DNA from: Steroidobacteraceae bacterium
Lineage (GTDB): Bacteria; Pseudomonadota; Gammaproteobacteria; Steroidobacterales; Steroidobacteraceae
Assembly (NCBI GenBank): GCA_035569355.1
Contig: DATMNF010000145.1
Coordinates: 1,645 to 65,644 of the forward strand
DNA length: 64,000 nucleotides
Direction: 5' to 3'
Position numbers and translations under genes: made by a program. Shown here piece by piece: positions 48,998 through 58,300 of the stretch. Within the stretch, counting starts at the first letter, position 1. The number at the start of each line of letters is the position of its first letter. The notes beneath the pieces were generated by a model that was not told the origin of the DNA, did not search any database, and worked only from the letters and a program-made list of their open reading frames with translations.

Positions 48998-50026
48998 TCA
49001 AGCACTGCGCTCCGCGGCGAGCAAGTCCATGTAGGCGTGCAGCGCCTCGCGTACCGGGCGAGGCCTCCAGCCGGTTTCGGCCTGAATGCGTGAAATATCG
49101 TAAGCACCCCACATACCGTCCGCGAGATTCGGGTCCTGCAAAATGTCGGCTTCGCCGGGCGCCGTGATCTCGGCACGGAAACCCGGCATCTTCTCGGCCG
49201 CCCACCTGACCAAGTCGCCTATGGTCGCTGTCGCGCCCGCAGCGATGTTGTAGGCGCTGTAGCGCAGCGACGGCGCCCGCAGCAGCAAGATGATCGCGGC
49301 CGCTACGTCCTCGACGTGAATATAGTCGCCCACCGCGGAGAGCGTATTGACGCGCACGCGCTGCGCGCCGTCCACAGCCATGTGGGCGATCCGATTGGGC
49401 ACATGCCGGAAGTTTCTGCTCGGCGTGACTCGGTCCATGGTTCCGTACACCGACGAGAGCCGCACCGATGCGGTCGATAGTCCGAATAAGTCCCCGTAAC
49501 GCTCCGTGATCAACTCCGAAGCCAATTTCGAAATGCCGTACAAACGCCGCGGCATGACATAGCCGTCCTCAGGCAACGGCTCGCCCGGGCGATCCGGGCC
49601 GTGATGCTTGTAGACCGCACCGGAGCTCACGTAGATGATTCGCTGCAGCTTCGGCTGAGTGCGCGCCCAATCGAGCAGCGCCACGGTACCCATCACGTTG
49701 ACATCGATGATCCGGCCGGGATCCTCCGCCTCGGGTTCGCGTTTCGCCTCGGCTGCGGTACCGCGCGATAACGGCGTTACCGTAGCGCCGTGGACGATGT
49801 GAGTAATGCCGCGGCCGGCAAGTGCGGCTCGCCACGTATCGGGACGCGTCACGTCGGCGATCACCGCGTCGAGCCGGTCCGCGACAGGGGCGAAATAGCG
49901 CGCCGCCGCGGCATCCAGAGGGGCGGCGTCGAGCACGGTCAAGCGCTCGCGTGGATCGGCGTCGAGCCAATGGCGGCCGAGCACGCTCATGACGAAACCG
50001 GTCGCTCCGGTGACCAACAATGTCAT
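48998..50026 (-). CDS. NAD-dependent epimerase/dehydratase family protein
   Basis: LLVTGATGFV Rossmann start, YxxxK context (YGISKLASE). 342 aa. 4-nt overlap with the upstream M20 gene. Confidence 0.8.
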   Translation of the reverse strand: MTLLVTGATGFVMSVLGRHWLDADPRERLTVLDAAPLDAAAARYFAPVADRLDAVIADVTRPDTWRAALAGRGITHIVHGATVTPLSRGTAAEAKREPEAEDPGRIIDVNVMGTVALLDWARTQPKLQRIIYVSSGAVYKHHGPDRPGEPLPEDGYVMPRRLYGISKLASELITERYGDLFGLSTASVRLSSVYGTMDRVTPSRNFRHVPNRIAHMAVDGAQRVRVNTLSAVGDYIHVEDVAAAIILLLRAPSLRYSAYNIAAGATATIGDLVRWAAEKMPGFRAEITAPGEADILQDPNLADGMWGAYDISRIQAETGWRPRPVREALHAYMDLLAAERSA

Positions 50027-51282
50027 GGCAGCGGAAAGTCGAGCAGCAACCCAAGCATGGCTCGGGTCGCGATGCCGAAGTCGTCCAGCCTCATTGCTTC
50101 ATTCGGATTGTGGCTCCCGTGTTGATTGCGGACGAAGATCATACCCGTCGGAATGCCCATTTTTGCGAATATCGCCGCGTCGTGGCCGGCACCGCTCGGC
50201 ATTTCGAACGGACGCTCGAGCCGGCTGCCGAGGCCTGCGCGCAGCCGGGAGTCCATCACGGCGGGAGGCGAGTCGCTGGTGGCGCCGAGGTCGAACGCGA
50301 CGCGATAGGAATCGCCTATTCGCGCCGCGGCTTGCCGCACTTCGGCGGCGACGGCGTTCATCGTGGCGTCGCTGACGCTGCGCACGTCGACGACGAAATG
50401 AGTCTCGCCGGCAATCTTGCTCGGCCCGTGCATCGCGGGGTCGGTATATAGCTCTCCGGAGGTGATCACGAGGTCCGCACCGGCCTGCTCCTGCAGCAGC
50501 CAAATCGTCTCCAGATGGTGCAGCAGGGCCACCGTCGCGGCGACCGCATCGTGCCGATACGCTCGATTGACGGCACCGGAGTGACCGTACTCGCCGACGC
50601 ATCGGGCGTTGCGAAATCTCTTGCATCCTCTGATCCCGGTCACCACGGCGGCGGGAAGTTGCTCCGCCACCAACGTCGGACCCTGTTCGATGTGCAGCTC
50701 CAAATACGCCCGTATTCGCGAGGGATCGAGCAGCCGCCGGCCCTCGCGGATCGCCTGCGGGTCGAAGCCGCAATCGATGAGTGTCGCTTCGAGGCTCTTG
50801 CCGTTGTCCGAGCGCGGTATCCCGAGGCAGGCCGGGTCGAGCAGCCCAAATGCGCCGCCGCTGCCGAGATACGCAATGTCGAACCAGGCGGACTCTTCCG
50901 CCCGAATCCCCATGACCGTGATGTCGCAGCGGATCTGAATTCCGGCCTGACGGAGCGCGGCCACGACGCACAGGCCCGCGACCACGCCCGCCGCGCCGTC
51001 GTAGTTGCCGCCCTGAGGCACGCTGTCGAGGTGCGAACCGATGATGATGCGCGGCGCAAGCCGGTCGCGCCCCGGGAGCGTCATCATCAGATTGCCGATG
51101 GCATCGACCGAGACATCGAGACCCAACCGTTCCGCGGCCGCGCGCATGATGTCGTGCGCAGCTTGCTCGCCCGCACCAAAACTGTCGCGAACGATGCCTG
51201 ATCCCCGGCGCGTCGCGCGCTCGAGACTATCGAACAGCGCAGCCGCCAGCTTAAGATCGGGTTGGGGTTGTTCGATCAACAT
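50023..51282 (-). CDS. M20-family Zn amidohydrolase (allantoate amidohydrolase / N-carbamoyl-L-amino-acid hydrolase type)
   Basis: D..GN.......R......GSHLDSVP.GG.YDG..GV..GL and EE....F.....GS, with the C-terminal SGAGHDA......P..M.F.....G.SHNP.E, are typical of the AmaB/AllC subfamily. Confidence 0.83.
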   Translation of the reverse strand: MLIEQPQPDLKLAAALFDSLERATRRGSGIVRDSFGAGEQAAHDIMRAAAERLGLDVSVDAIGNLMMTLPGRDRLAPRIIIGSHLDSVPQGGNYDGAAGVVAGLCVVAALRQAGIQIRCDITVMGIRAEESAWFDIAYLGSGGAFGLLDPACLGIPRSDNGKSLEATLIDCGFDPQAIREGRRLLDPSRIRAYLELHIEQGPTLVAEQLPAAVVTGIRGCKRFRNARCVGEYGHSGAVNRAYRHDAVAATVALLHHLETIWLLQEQAGADLVITSGELYTDPAMHGPSKIAGETHFVVDVRSVSDATMNAVAAEVRQAAARIGDSYRVAFDLGATSDSPPAVMDSRLRAGLGSRLERPFEMPSGAGHDAAIFAKMGIPTGMIFVRNQHGSHNPNEAMRLDDFGIATRAMLGLLLDFPLP

Positions 51283-51321
51283 GTTGAACCGTTATGGTAA
51301 CCCAACCGAGGGGATTCACAG

Positions 51322-52098
51322 ATGTCGAGTTTACTGGCCGGAAAAGTCGCCGTGATCACCGGAGCGAGCTCGGGGATCGGCCGTGCAATCGCCGAGAATT
51401 TTGCAGCCGAACGGGCCATCGTCGTCATTGCCGACGTTGTGACCGAGCCGCTCGAGGGCGGAGAGTCGACCCTCGATCTGATCGCACGGTCCGGCGGCGC
51501 GGCGTTCTTCGAAAAGACCGATGTCGGAAGATGGGAAGACGTCGATGCTCTGATCAGCAAGACAGTCGAGCGCCATGGCCGGCTCGACGTGATGGTGAAC
51601 AACGCTGCGATTTTCTCGGGCACGGCGCTGCTCGATACCGGCCCCGAGCAATGGGAAAGAGTCATGACGGTGAACCTGACGGGGATGTTCAACGGGTGCA
51701 AGCGGGCCGTGCAACAAATGATCACTCAGGAACCGCGCCATGAAGTGCGCGGGCGGCTGATCAATTTGGGATCCCAGCAAGGCATCGTTACTGCGCCCCG
51801 CGATACACCCTACGGGGTGAGCAAGGCCGGCGCGATCTACCTGACCAAGCAAATCGCGGTGGACTACGCGGCGGATCTGATCGTCTGCAATTGCATCTCG
51901 CCCGGCAAGATCGTGACGGGCCATCCCGGTTTGCCCATGGACCCGGCACTGCTCGACAACGCGCGCCGCCGCACGCCGTGGCCGCGCCTGGGCCGGCCTC
52001 AGGATATTGCGAATGCGGCCGTATTCCTTGCAAGCGACCGGGCCACCTACATCACCGGGTCGAACCTCGTGGTCGACGGCGGATGGCTGGCGCGTTAA
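51322..52098 (+). CDS. SDR-family oxidoreductase
   Basis: GKVAVITGASSGIGRAIA, NNAAI and Y..SKAG....K motifs. Stop TAA shares the tetranucleotide TTAA with the convergent MFS gene stop. Confidence 0.85.
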   Translation: MSSLLAGKVAVITGASSGIGRAIAENFAAERAIVVIADVVTEPLEGGESTLDLIARSGGAAFFEKTDVGRWEDVDALISKTVERHGRLDVMVNNAAIFSGTALLDTGPEQWERVMTVNLTGMFNGCKRAVQQMITQEPRHEVRGRLINLGSQQGIVTAPRDTPYGVSKAGAIYLTKQIAVDYAADLIVCNCISPGKIVTGHPGLPMDPALLDNARRRTPWPRLGRPQDIANAAVFLASDRATYITGSNLVVDGGWLAR

Positions 52099-53432
52099 GC
52101 GCGTGCCTCGCGCGGCCGGACCTCGCTCGACGAAACATAGCCCACAGCGCGCATTTGATCCGCAACGACGGTTTTGCCGGCCATCCAAAAATGATACACC
52201 GCCCAGAAACCCGTGGGTGCCAGTACCAGCAACGCGAGGCGTAGCGAGTGCGCGTCGGCGCCGCCGCTGCCGGCGAACCAGTCGCTCAACAGTCCGACCA
52301 GCTGGGGCGCGACGATCAGATTGAACACGTTGCCGACCAGCAAGGACCACGCGGTGAACATGGCGCGCATGTGGGGCGGTGCGAGATTCTGCACCAGGCC
52401 CATGCAAGGTCCGATGTAAAAGTAGATCGACGGGATGAAAATCCAGAACATCAGTTTCGCCACCCAAAGGGCGTGCGTCGAGAAGGCAATAATCGAGGGA
52501 ATCGTCGCCGCGCTCACGCCGATGGCGAGCAGCCAAACGACTCGGCGCGGATCGGCCATGGAGCGGCGCGACAAGTACCAAGCCGTTCCCGCCGTGGCGA
52601 GGATACCGCCGACCAGATGGATATGACCGGTCACTGCTCCTGCCTCGCCGACATTCATCGAATAGGTGCGCATGAGAAATGTCGGCGTCCACCAGATCAG
52701 GCCCCACCCCCAAAGGGCACAGACCCCGGAGGCCATGATCACGTGAAACGCGGCCTTTTGGCGCCACAAAAACCGCAGCGACTCCAGCAAGCTCGGCTTG
52801 TCCCCGTCGGTCACGGCATCCAGACGCCCGCGCTCCGGTTCACGAATCGTGAGGTAGACGATCGTCCCCATGACTACGCCCGGAATACCCAGCGCGAGAA
52901 ATGCCGCGCGCCAGCCGTAGGCGTGGGCGACCGCTCCGGCCATGTCGGCGCCCAGCCAGGCGCCGATCGGCGCGCCGAGAGCGAACACACCGAGAGCCAT
53001 GGGCCGGCGATCCGCCGGAAAATAATCCGCAATGATGGAGTTGGAGGGTGGCGTCCCGCCTGCCTCGCCGACGCCGACACCGATGCGGGCCGCCAAGAGT
53101 TGCCAATAGCTGCGCGACAGTCCACACAGTGCGGTGAAGCCGGACCAGACGATGAGCGAGATTGCCAGAATGTTGCGTCGGTTCGATCGATCGGCCAGCC
53201 AAGACATCGGGATCCCGACGGACACATAGAACAGGGCCAGCGGCACGCCGGTGAGAAAGCCGACGCCTGCGTCGGTCAAGCGCAGATCGAGGCGGATCGG
53301 TTCGAGAACCGTGGACACGACGTATCGGTCGGCAATATTGATTGCGTAGATCAGGCACATCACGAGCACGACGTACCAGCGCTCGAGCGAGGACGCCCGG
53401 GACACCGGAGAATCAATGACTGTGGTGCTCAA
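52095..53432 (-). CDS. MFS transporter
   Basis: 445 aa, about 12 TM segments, the MFS signature ADR.NRR between TM2 and TM3 (WLADRSNRRNIL), and an N-terminus YAIN.ADRYV.S.....I...L. Confidence 0.87.
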   Translation of the reverse strand: MSTTVIDSPVSRASSLERWYVVLVMCLIYAINIADRYVVSTVLEPIRLDLRLTDAGVGFLTGVPLALFYVSVGIPMSWLADRSNRRNILAISLIVWSGFTALCGLSRSYWQLLAARIGVGVGEAGGTPPSNSIIADYFPADRRPMALGVFALGAPIGAWLGADMAGAVAHAYGWRAAFLALGIPGVVMGTIVYLTIREPERGRLDAVTDGDKPSLLESLRFLWRQKAAFHVIMASGVCALWGWGLIWWTPTFLMRTYSMNVGEAGAVTGHIHLVGGILATAGTAWYLSRRSMADPRRVVWLLAIGVSAATIPSIIAFSTHALWVAKLMFWIFIPSIYFYIGPCMGLVQNLAPPHMRAMFTAWSLLVGNVFNLIVAPQLVGLLSDWFAGSGGADAHSLRLALLVLAPTGFWAVYHFWMAGKTVVADQMRAVGYVSSSEVRPREARA

Positions 53433-53441
53433 ACGGCGTCT

Positions 53442-54143
53442 TCAGAAATGTTCAACCCACGGGCGCAGTTCAATCTCTTGCGACCACGCGCTTCGCGGTT
53501 GCCGCAATACATCGACATAGGTCTGAGCAATTGCATCCGGATCGAGCGTGCTGTCGGGTTCGTCCTTAGGATCCGGTCGGTGGGTGGCGCGGACTCCGCC
53601 GTCGATGATGAAGTGGGCCACATGGATGCCCCGGGGGCCCAATTCGCGCGCCGCACTCTGCGCCAAGCCTCGCAATGCGAATTTGCCCATGGCAAAAGCC
53701 GCCGAATGGGCGAAGCCTTTCACGCTGGCCGTCGCACCGGTCAACAATATCGCGCCGCGCTCCCGCGGCAACATACCGATCGCCGCCCGCTGCGTCACGA
53801 GAAAGCCCCCGAATGCCGTGATCGCTATGGCCTTTTGCACGGCGGCCGGATCGAGCTCGGCAAGGGGGCCGTGGGCGCGGGCTCCGGCGTTGTAAACAAC
53901 GATTTCCGGCTCGCCGATGCGCTTCTTTACCTGTGCGAAGAGATTGGCGACGGATTCGGGATTCGCTGCATCGGCGGCAAATCCTTCAGCGCCCGTAGCC
54001 TGTATCAGCGCGTCGAGCTTTTGAATATTGCGCGCCGCCAGGGCAATCTTTACACCGAATCCGGCGAGGCGGCGTGCCAGCGATGCGCTGATGCCGGGGC
54101 CGGCGCCGACGATCAATGCGCTGTGGTAGGGAAAATCCGCCAT
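53442..54143 (-). CDS. SDR-family oxidoreductase (short, atypical)
   Basis: ALIVGAGPGISASLARRLA..G..IALAARN Rossmann motif. 233 aa. 9-nt gap to the downstream MFS gene. Confidence 0.78.
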   Translation of the reverse strand: MADFPYHSALIVGAGPGISASLARRLAGFGVKIALAARNIQKLDALIQATGAEGFAADAANPESVANLFAQVKKRIGEPEIVVYNAGARAHGPLAELDPAAVQKAIAITAFGGFLVTQRAAIGMLPRERGAILLTGATASVKGFAHSAAFAMGKFALRGLAQSAARELGPRGIHVAHFIIDGGVRATHRPDPKDEPDSTLDPDAIAQTYVDVLRQPRSAWSQEIELRPWVEHF

Positions 54144-54169
54144 GCGGTGTCCATATTACACGGCCGCTC

Positions 54170-54766
54170 CTAGCCCGGCTCTTTGGTGAACACCACCAGG
54201 CGGTTGTTCGCCGGCAGGTCGTAGTCGGCGTCCAAGCGCAAGCCATACTCGAGTGCAAGGGCCGTAACCTCGTGAAGGTCGCGTATACCGGATTGCGGGT
54301 CGCGTTCCTTGAGCATTCGATCGAATTCCTCGTTGCTGCCGGAGGTGTAGCGTTCGCCATAACGAAACGGACCATAGATGCACAGCACCCCGGCGGGCGC
54401 GAGAACGCTGCCGCTGCCCTTGAAAGAGGCCACGACCTCGGGCCACGACATGATGTGCAGGGTGTTGGCAGTGAACATGGCGTCGACGGTGCGCAGCGGC
54501 CAAACGGCTTGACGGACGTCGAGCAAGGTTGGTGCACGTAGGTTCTGGGGTCCCTCGAGCTTGACGCGCTCGGTCAAATCGGCAAGGTAGGCCAATTGTT
54601 CGGTCGGGTGCCATGCCAGATGGGGCAGCGCGCGAGCGAAATGCACGGCATGTTGCCCGGTGCCGCTGCCGATTTCCAGAACCTGCGCACGCCCCGCAAA
54701 ACGGCTGCGCAGCACCTCGAGGATGGGCTCCTTGTTGCGTTCGCAGGCTGCGGAGAAGGGAAGCAT
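54170..54766 (-). CDS. DUF938-family SAM-dependent methyltransferase-like protein
   Basis: S.A.ERNK.PIL.VL, VLEI.SGTGQH.V.FA..LP.L.W.P.. and N..H.M.W are typical of DUF938. Confidence 0.78.
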   Translation of the reverse strand: MLPFSAACERNKEPILEVLRSRFAGRAQVLEIGSGTGQHAVHFARALPHLAWHPTEQLAYLADLTERVKLEGPQNLRAPTLLDVRQAVWPLRTVDAMFTANTLHIMSWPEVVASFKGSGSVLAPAGVLCIYGPFRYGERYTSGSNEEFDRMLKERDPQSGIRDLHEVTALALEYGLRLDADYDLPANNRLVVFTKEPG

Positions 54767-54866
54767 ACGCTCCCGATTTTACTACAGAAAAATCGCCTTG
54801 AAACTTGCTACTCAACAGGGCGAAGTTTGGTTACAGTGTCGCCCCTTCTGGCCTAAGGAGATGTCG

Positions 54867-55376
54867 ATGTCGATTTCCATGTACGATGTTTCGATCCCCG
54901 CGCTGACGCGCGGCTTGACCAATCTGTCCGCCATTCTCGACAAGGGCGCGGCGCACGCCGCGGCGAAGAAATTCGATTCCGTCGTTCTCGCCCAGTCGCG
55001 CCTCTATCCGGACATGCATCCGCTGGTGCGTCAGGTGCAAATCGCTTGCGACACCGCCAAAGGGGCGGCAGCGCGTTTGGCGGGGATCGAGTCCCCCAAG
55101 CACGAGGACAATGAAGTAACTTTTGCCGATCTGAAGGCCCGGATTGCGAAGACCTTGGATTTCGTCAAGTCGGTGAGCGCGGCGCAGCTGAAAGACGCGG
55201 AAAGCCGCAGCATAGAGATCAAGTTTCCGAACGGCTCTTGGAAATTCACGGGCCTCGGGTATTTGACCGACTTCGTGCTGCCGAATTTTTACTTCCACAC
55301 CAGCATCGCGTACGCCTTGCTGCGCAAGGCCGGAGTGGAGATCGGCAAAGGCGACTATCTCGGTTCGATTCAATAG
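54867..55376 (+). CDS. DUF1993-domain protein
   Basis: MSISMY..S.P...R.L.NL...LDK start typical of DUF1993, plus the F.LPNFYFH...AY..LR..GV.IGK.DYLG C-terminus. AAGGAG 6 nt upstream of ATG 54867. Confidence 0.8.
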   Translation: MSISMYDVSIPALTRGLTNLSAILDKGAAHAAAKKFDSVVLAQSRLYPDMHPLVRQVQIACDTAKGAAARLAGIESPKHEDNEVTFADLKARIAKTLDFVKSVSAAQLKDAESRSIEIKFPNGSWKFTGLGYLTDFVLPNFYFHTSIAYALLRKAGVEIGKGDYLGSIQ

Positions 55377-55386
55377 CGCCGCGAAT

Positions 55387-58300
55387 TCAAGAGAGCTGCT
55401 CGACCAGCTGTTCGACTCGCGTGAACAGCTTCTCTTCGGTGCGCGCGTCGTGGGCGAAGCGTAATTTCAGGGGACCGTCGAGACGGTATTCCTTTGGTTT
55501 TCCTTGGACCAATTTGAGAACGCGTTTCGGATCGACCCGGTTCGCTTCCTGGAATAGAAAATAGCCGGTGTTCGCGCCGGCGTCGATCTTGCGTATTCCG
55601 AGTTCCGCGGCGCGCAGCTTGAGCCGGGCTGCGCGAAACAGCGATTGTGCGTATTCGGGCATCGGCCCGAAGCGGTCGATCATTTCGACCTTCAATTCAT
55701 CGAGCTCCTCGTACGAGGGGCTGCTGGCGATGCGCTTGTACAGCACCAACCGCAAATGCACGTCGGGAACGTAATCCTCGGGTATGAGCATGGGCAGGTG
55801 CAGTTCGACCTCCGGTCCGGCATCGAGCGGGCGTTCGAGGTCGGGCTGTTTCCCTGACTTCAAGGCGGATACCGCGCGCTCGAGCAATTCCATGTAGAGG
55901 TTATAGCCGATCTCCTGAATCTGGCCGCTTTGTTCGTCGCCCAGGAGCTCGCCCGCGCCGCGGATCTCGAGATCGTGAGTCGCGAGCGTGAATCCGGCGC
56001 CGAGTTCCTCGAGCGACTCGAGCGCCTCCAATCGCTTGACCGCATCGGCGGTCATCGACTTGCGCGGCGGCGTGATCAGATAGGCATATGCCCGATGATG
56101 CGATCGCCCGACGCGGCCGCGCAATTGATGAATTTGGGCGAGCCCAAACCGGTCCGCCCGATCGATGACGATGGTATTCGCGGTCGGCACGTCGATGCCG
56201 CTCTCGATGATGGTGGTGCAGACGAGCACGTTGAAGCGCCGGTGATAGAAGTCGAGCATGAGCTGTTCCAGATCGCGTTCGCGCATCTGTCCGTGACCGA
56301 CGGCGACGTTTGCCTCCGGCACGAGCTTGCGGACCGCCTGAGCCGTCTTTTCGATGGTCTCAATCGTGTTGTGCACGAAGTATATCTGTCCTCCGCGGCG
56401 GATCTCGCGAAGCGCGGCCTCGCGAATCACGGTTTCGTTCCATTCGAGCACGAAGGTCTTCACGGCCAAACGTTCGGCGGGGGGTGTCGTGATCAACGAA
56501 AGATCGCGCAGTCCGCCCAAGGCCATGTTGAGGGTCCGCGGGATCGGCGTGGCGGTCAGCGTCAGAACGTCGACCTCGGTGCGCAGAGCCTTGAGTTTCT
56601 CCTTGTCGCGCACGCCGAAGCGGTGTTCCTCGTCGATCACCACCAGGCCCAAATCCTTGAAGCGCACCTTACCCTGCAGCAATCGCTGAGTGGCGATGAC
56701 TATGTCGATCGTGCCCGCGGCGATGCCGGCGAGAATTCCCTCCGCATCCTTGTTGCTGCGAAAGCGCGACAGGCTTTCGATTCGCACGGGCCAGTCGGCG
56801 AATCGGTCGACGAAAGTAGTGTGGTGCTGCTGCGCGAGAAGGGTCGTGGGCACCAAAACTGCCACTTGTTTACCGGCCTGGACGGCGACGAACGCGGCAC
56901 GCAGTGCGACCTCGGTCTTGCCGAAGCCGACATCGCCGCAGATGACGCGGTCCATGGGCTTGTCGGACTTGAGGCCGCTCAGTACTTGCTCGATGGCGGC
57001 GGCTTGGTCGGCGGTTTCCTCGAAGGGGAAGCCTGCCTGAAAAGCGCGATACTCGGCTTCGCCCGCCAGCATTTGCGTGCCTTGCCGAGCTGCGCGGCGC
57101 GAATACAGGTCCAAGAGTTCTGCGGCGACGTCGCGGATGCGCTGCGCCGCCTTGCGGCGTGCTTTCTGCCATTGCTCGCCGCCGAGCTTGTGAAGGGGCG
57201 CCGTTTCCGCAGGTGCGCCCGTGTAGCGCGACACGAGATGCAGCGCCTGCACCGGTACATACAATTTATCGCCGTCGGCATAGTCGAGTACGAGAAATTC
57301 GCCCGTGTATCCGGCGACATCCATGGTCTTGAGCCCGACGTAGCGTCCAACTCCATAGGATTCGTGCACTACCGGGGCCCCGATGTGCAGGTCCGACAGC
57401 TCCTTGAGGATTTTCGCCGGATCGCGTTCGGCGCGCCGGCGGCGCCGCTCCTGCCGCGCGCGATCACCGAACAATTGCGCTTCGGTGAGGATTTCCAGCG
57501 CCGGCGCATCGAGCCGCATGCCCGAAACGGCGCCCGATACCGTAATTCCAAGTTTCAACGAGCTGGCGACGAAACTCGCGAAATTATCGAATATCTTCGG
57601 CTGAATGTCGCGGCTGCGAAGCAGGTCGAGCAGCAGTTCGCGGCGTCCCGCGGATTCGGCAGCCAGCAGAATACGCGCCGGGCTCGCGTCGATATGCGCG
57701 GCCAATTGTGCTGCGGGCTCAACGCCGCGCGGGTCGATGCGCACCGCTGCCGGCGCGGCGCTGGGAAAGTTTTGGGTCGGTCCCTCGGTCTGCGGAGGCC
57801 ATTCGAAGGTGTGCAGTTGAACCTTCCGCCACCCCGCGTAGGCGGCCTCGAATTCATCGGGCGTCAAGTAGACTTCGGCGGGATCCAATATCGGCCGGTG
57901 GCGGTCGTGGCGCAGCTGTTCGTGGCGTTCGACGATGCCGTTCCACAGACCCTCGGCGCGCGAAATCGCATCGTTGATGTCCACGAGTACGCTGTCCGGC
58001 GGCAGATACTCGAACAGGTGGGAGGTGCGATCGAAGAACAAGGGCAGGAAGAATTCTATGCCGCCGGGCGCGATGCCGGCGCTTACGTCGCGATAGATCG
58101 CCTGCTCCGACAGATCGCCGGTGAAGCGCAGCCGGTAGCGGCGGCGGAACTCGCGTACGGCTTCGGGATTGAGCGGCGTCTCGCGCGCCGGCAACAGTTG
58201 GATACGATCCAGCTTGTCGAGGGAGCGCTGCGTGTCGGGATCGAAATGGCGGATGCTGTCCACGTCGCGATCCAGCATATCGATTCGATACGGAGTGTCC

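Noticed and set aside
52248-54173. 641-aa plus-strand ORF
   Set aside because: Antisense to the MFS transporter and the SDR gene. Arg/Gly/His-rich composition with no domain signature. High-GC artefact.
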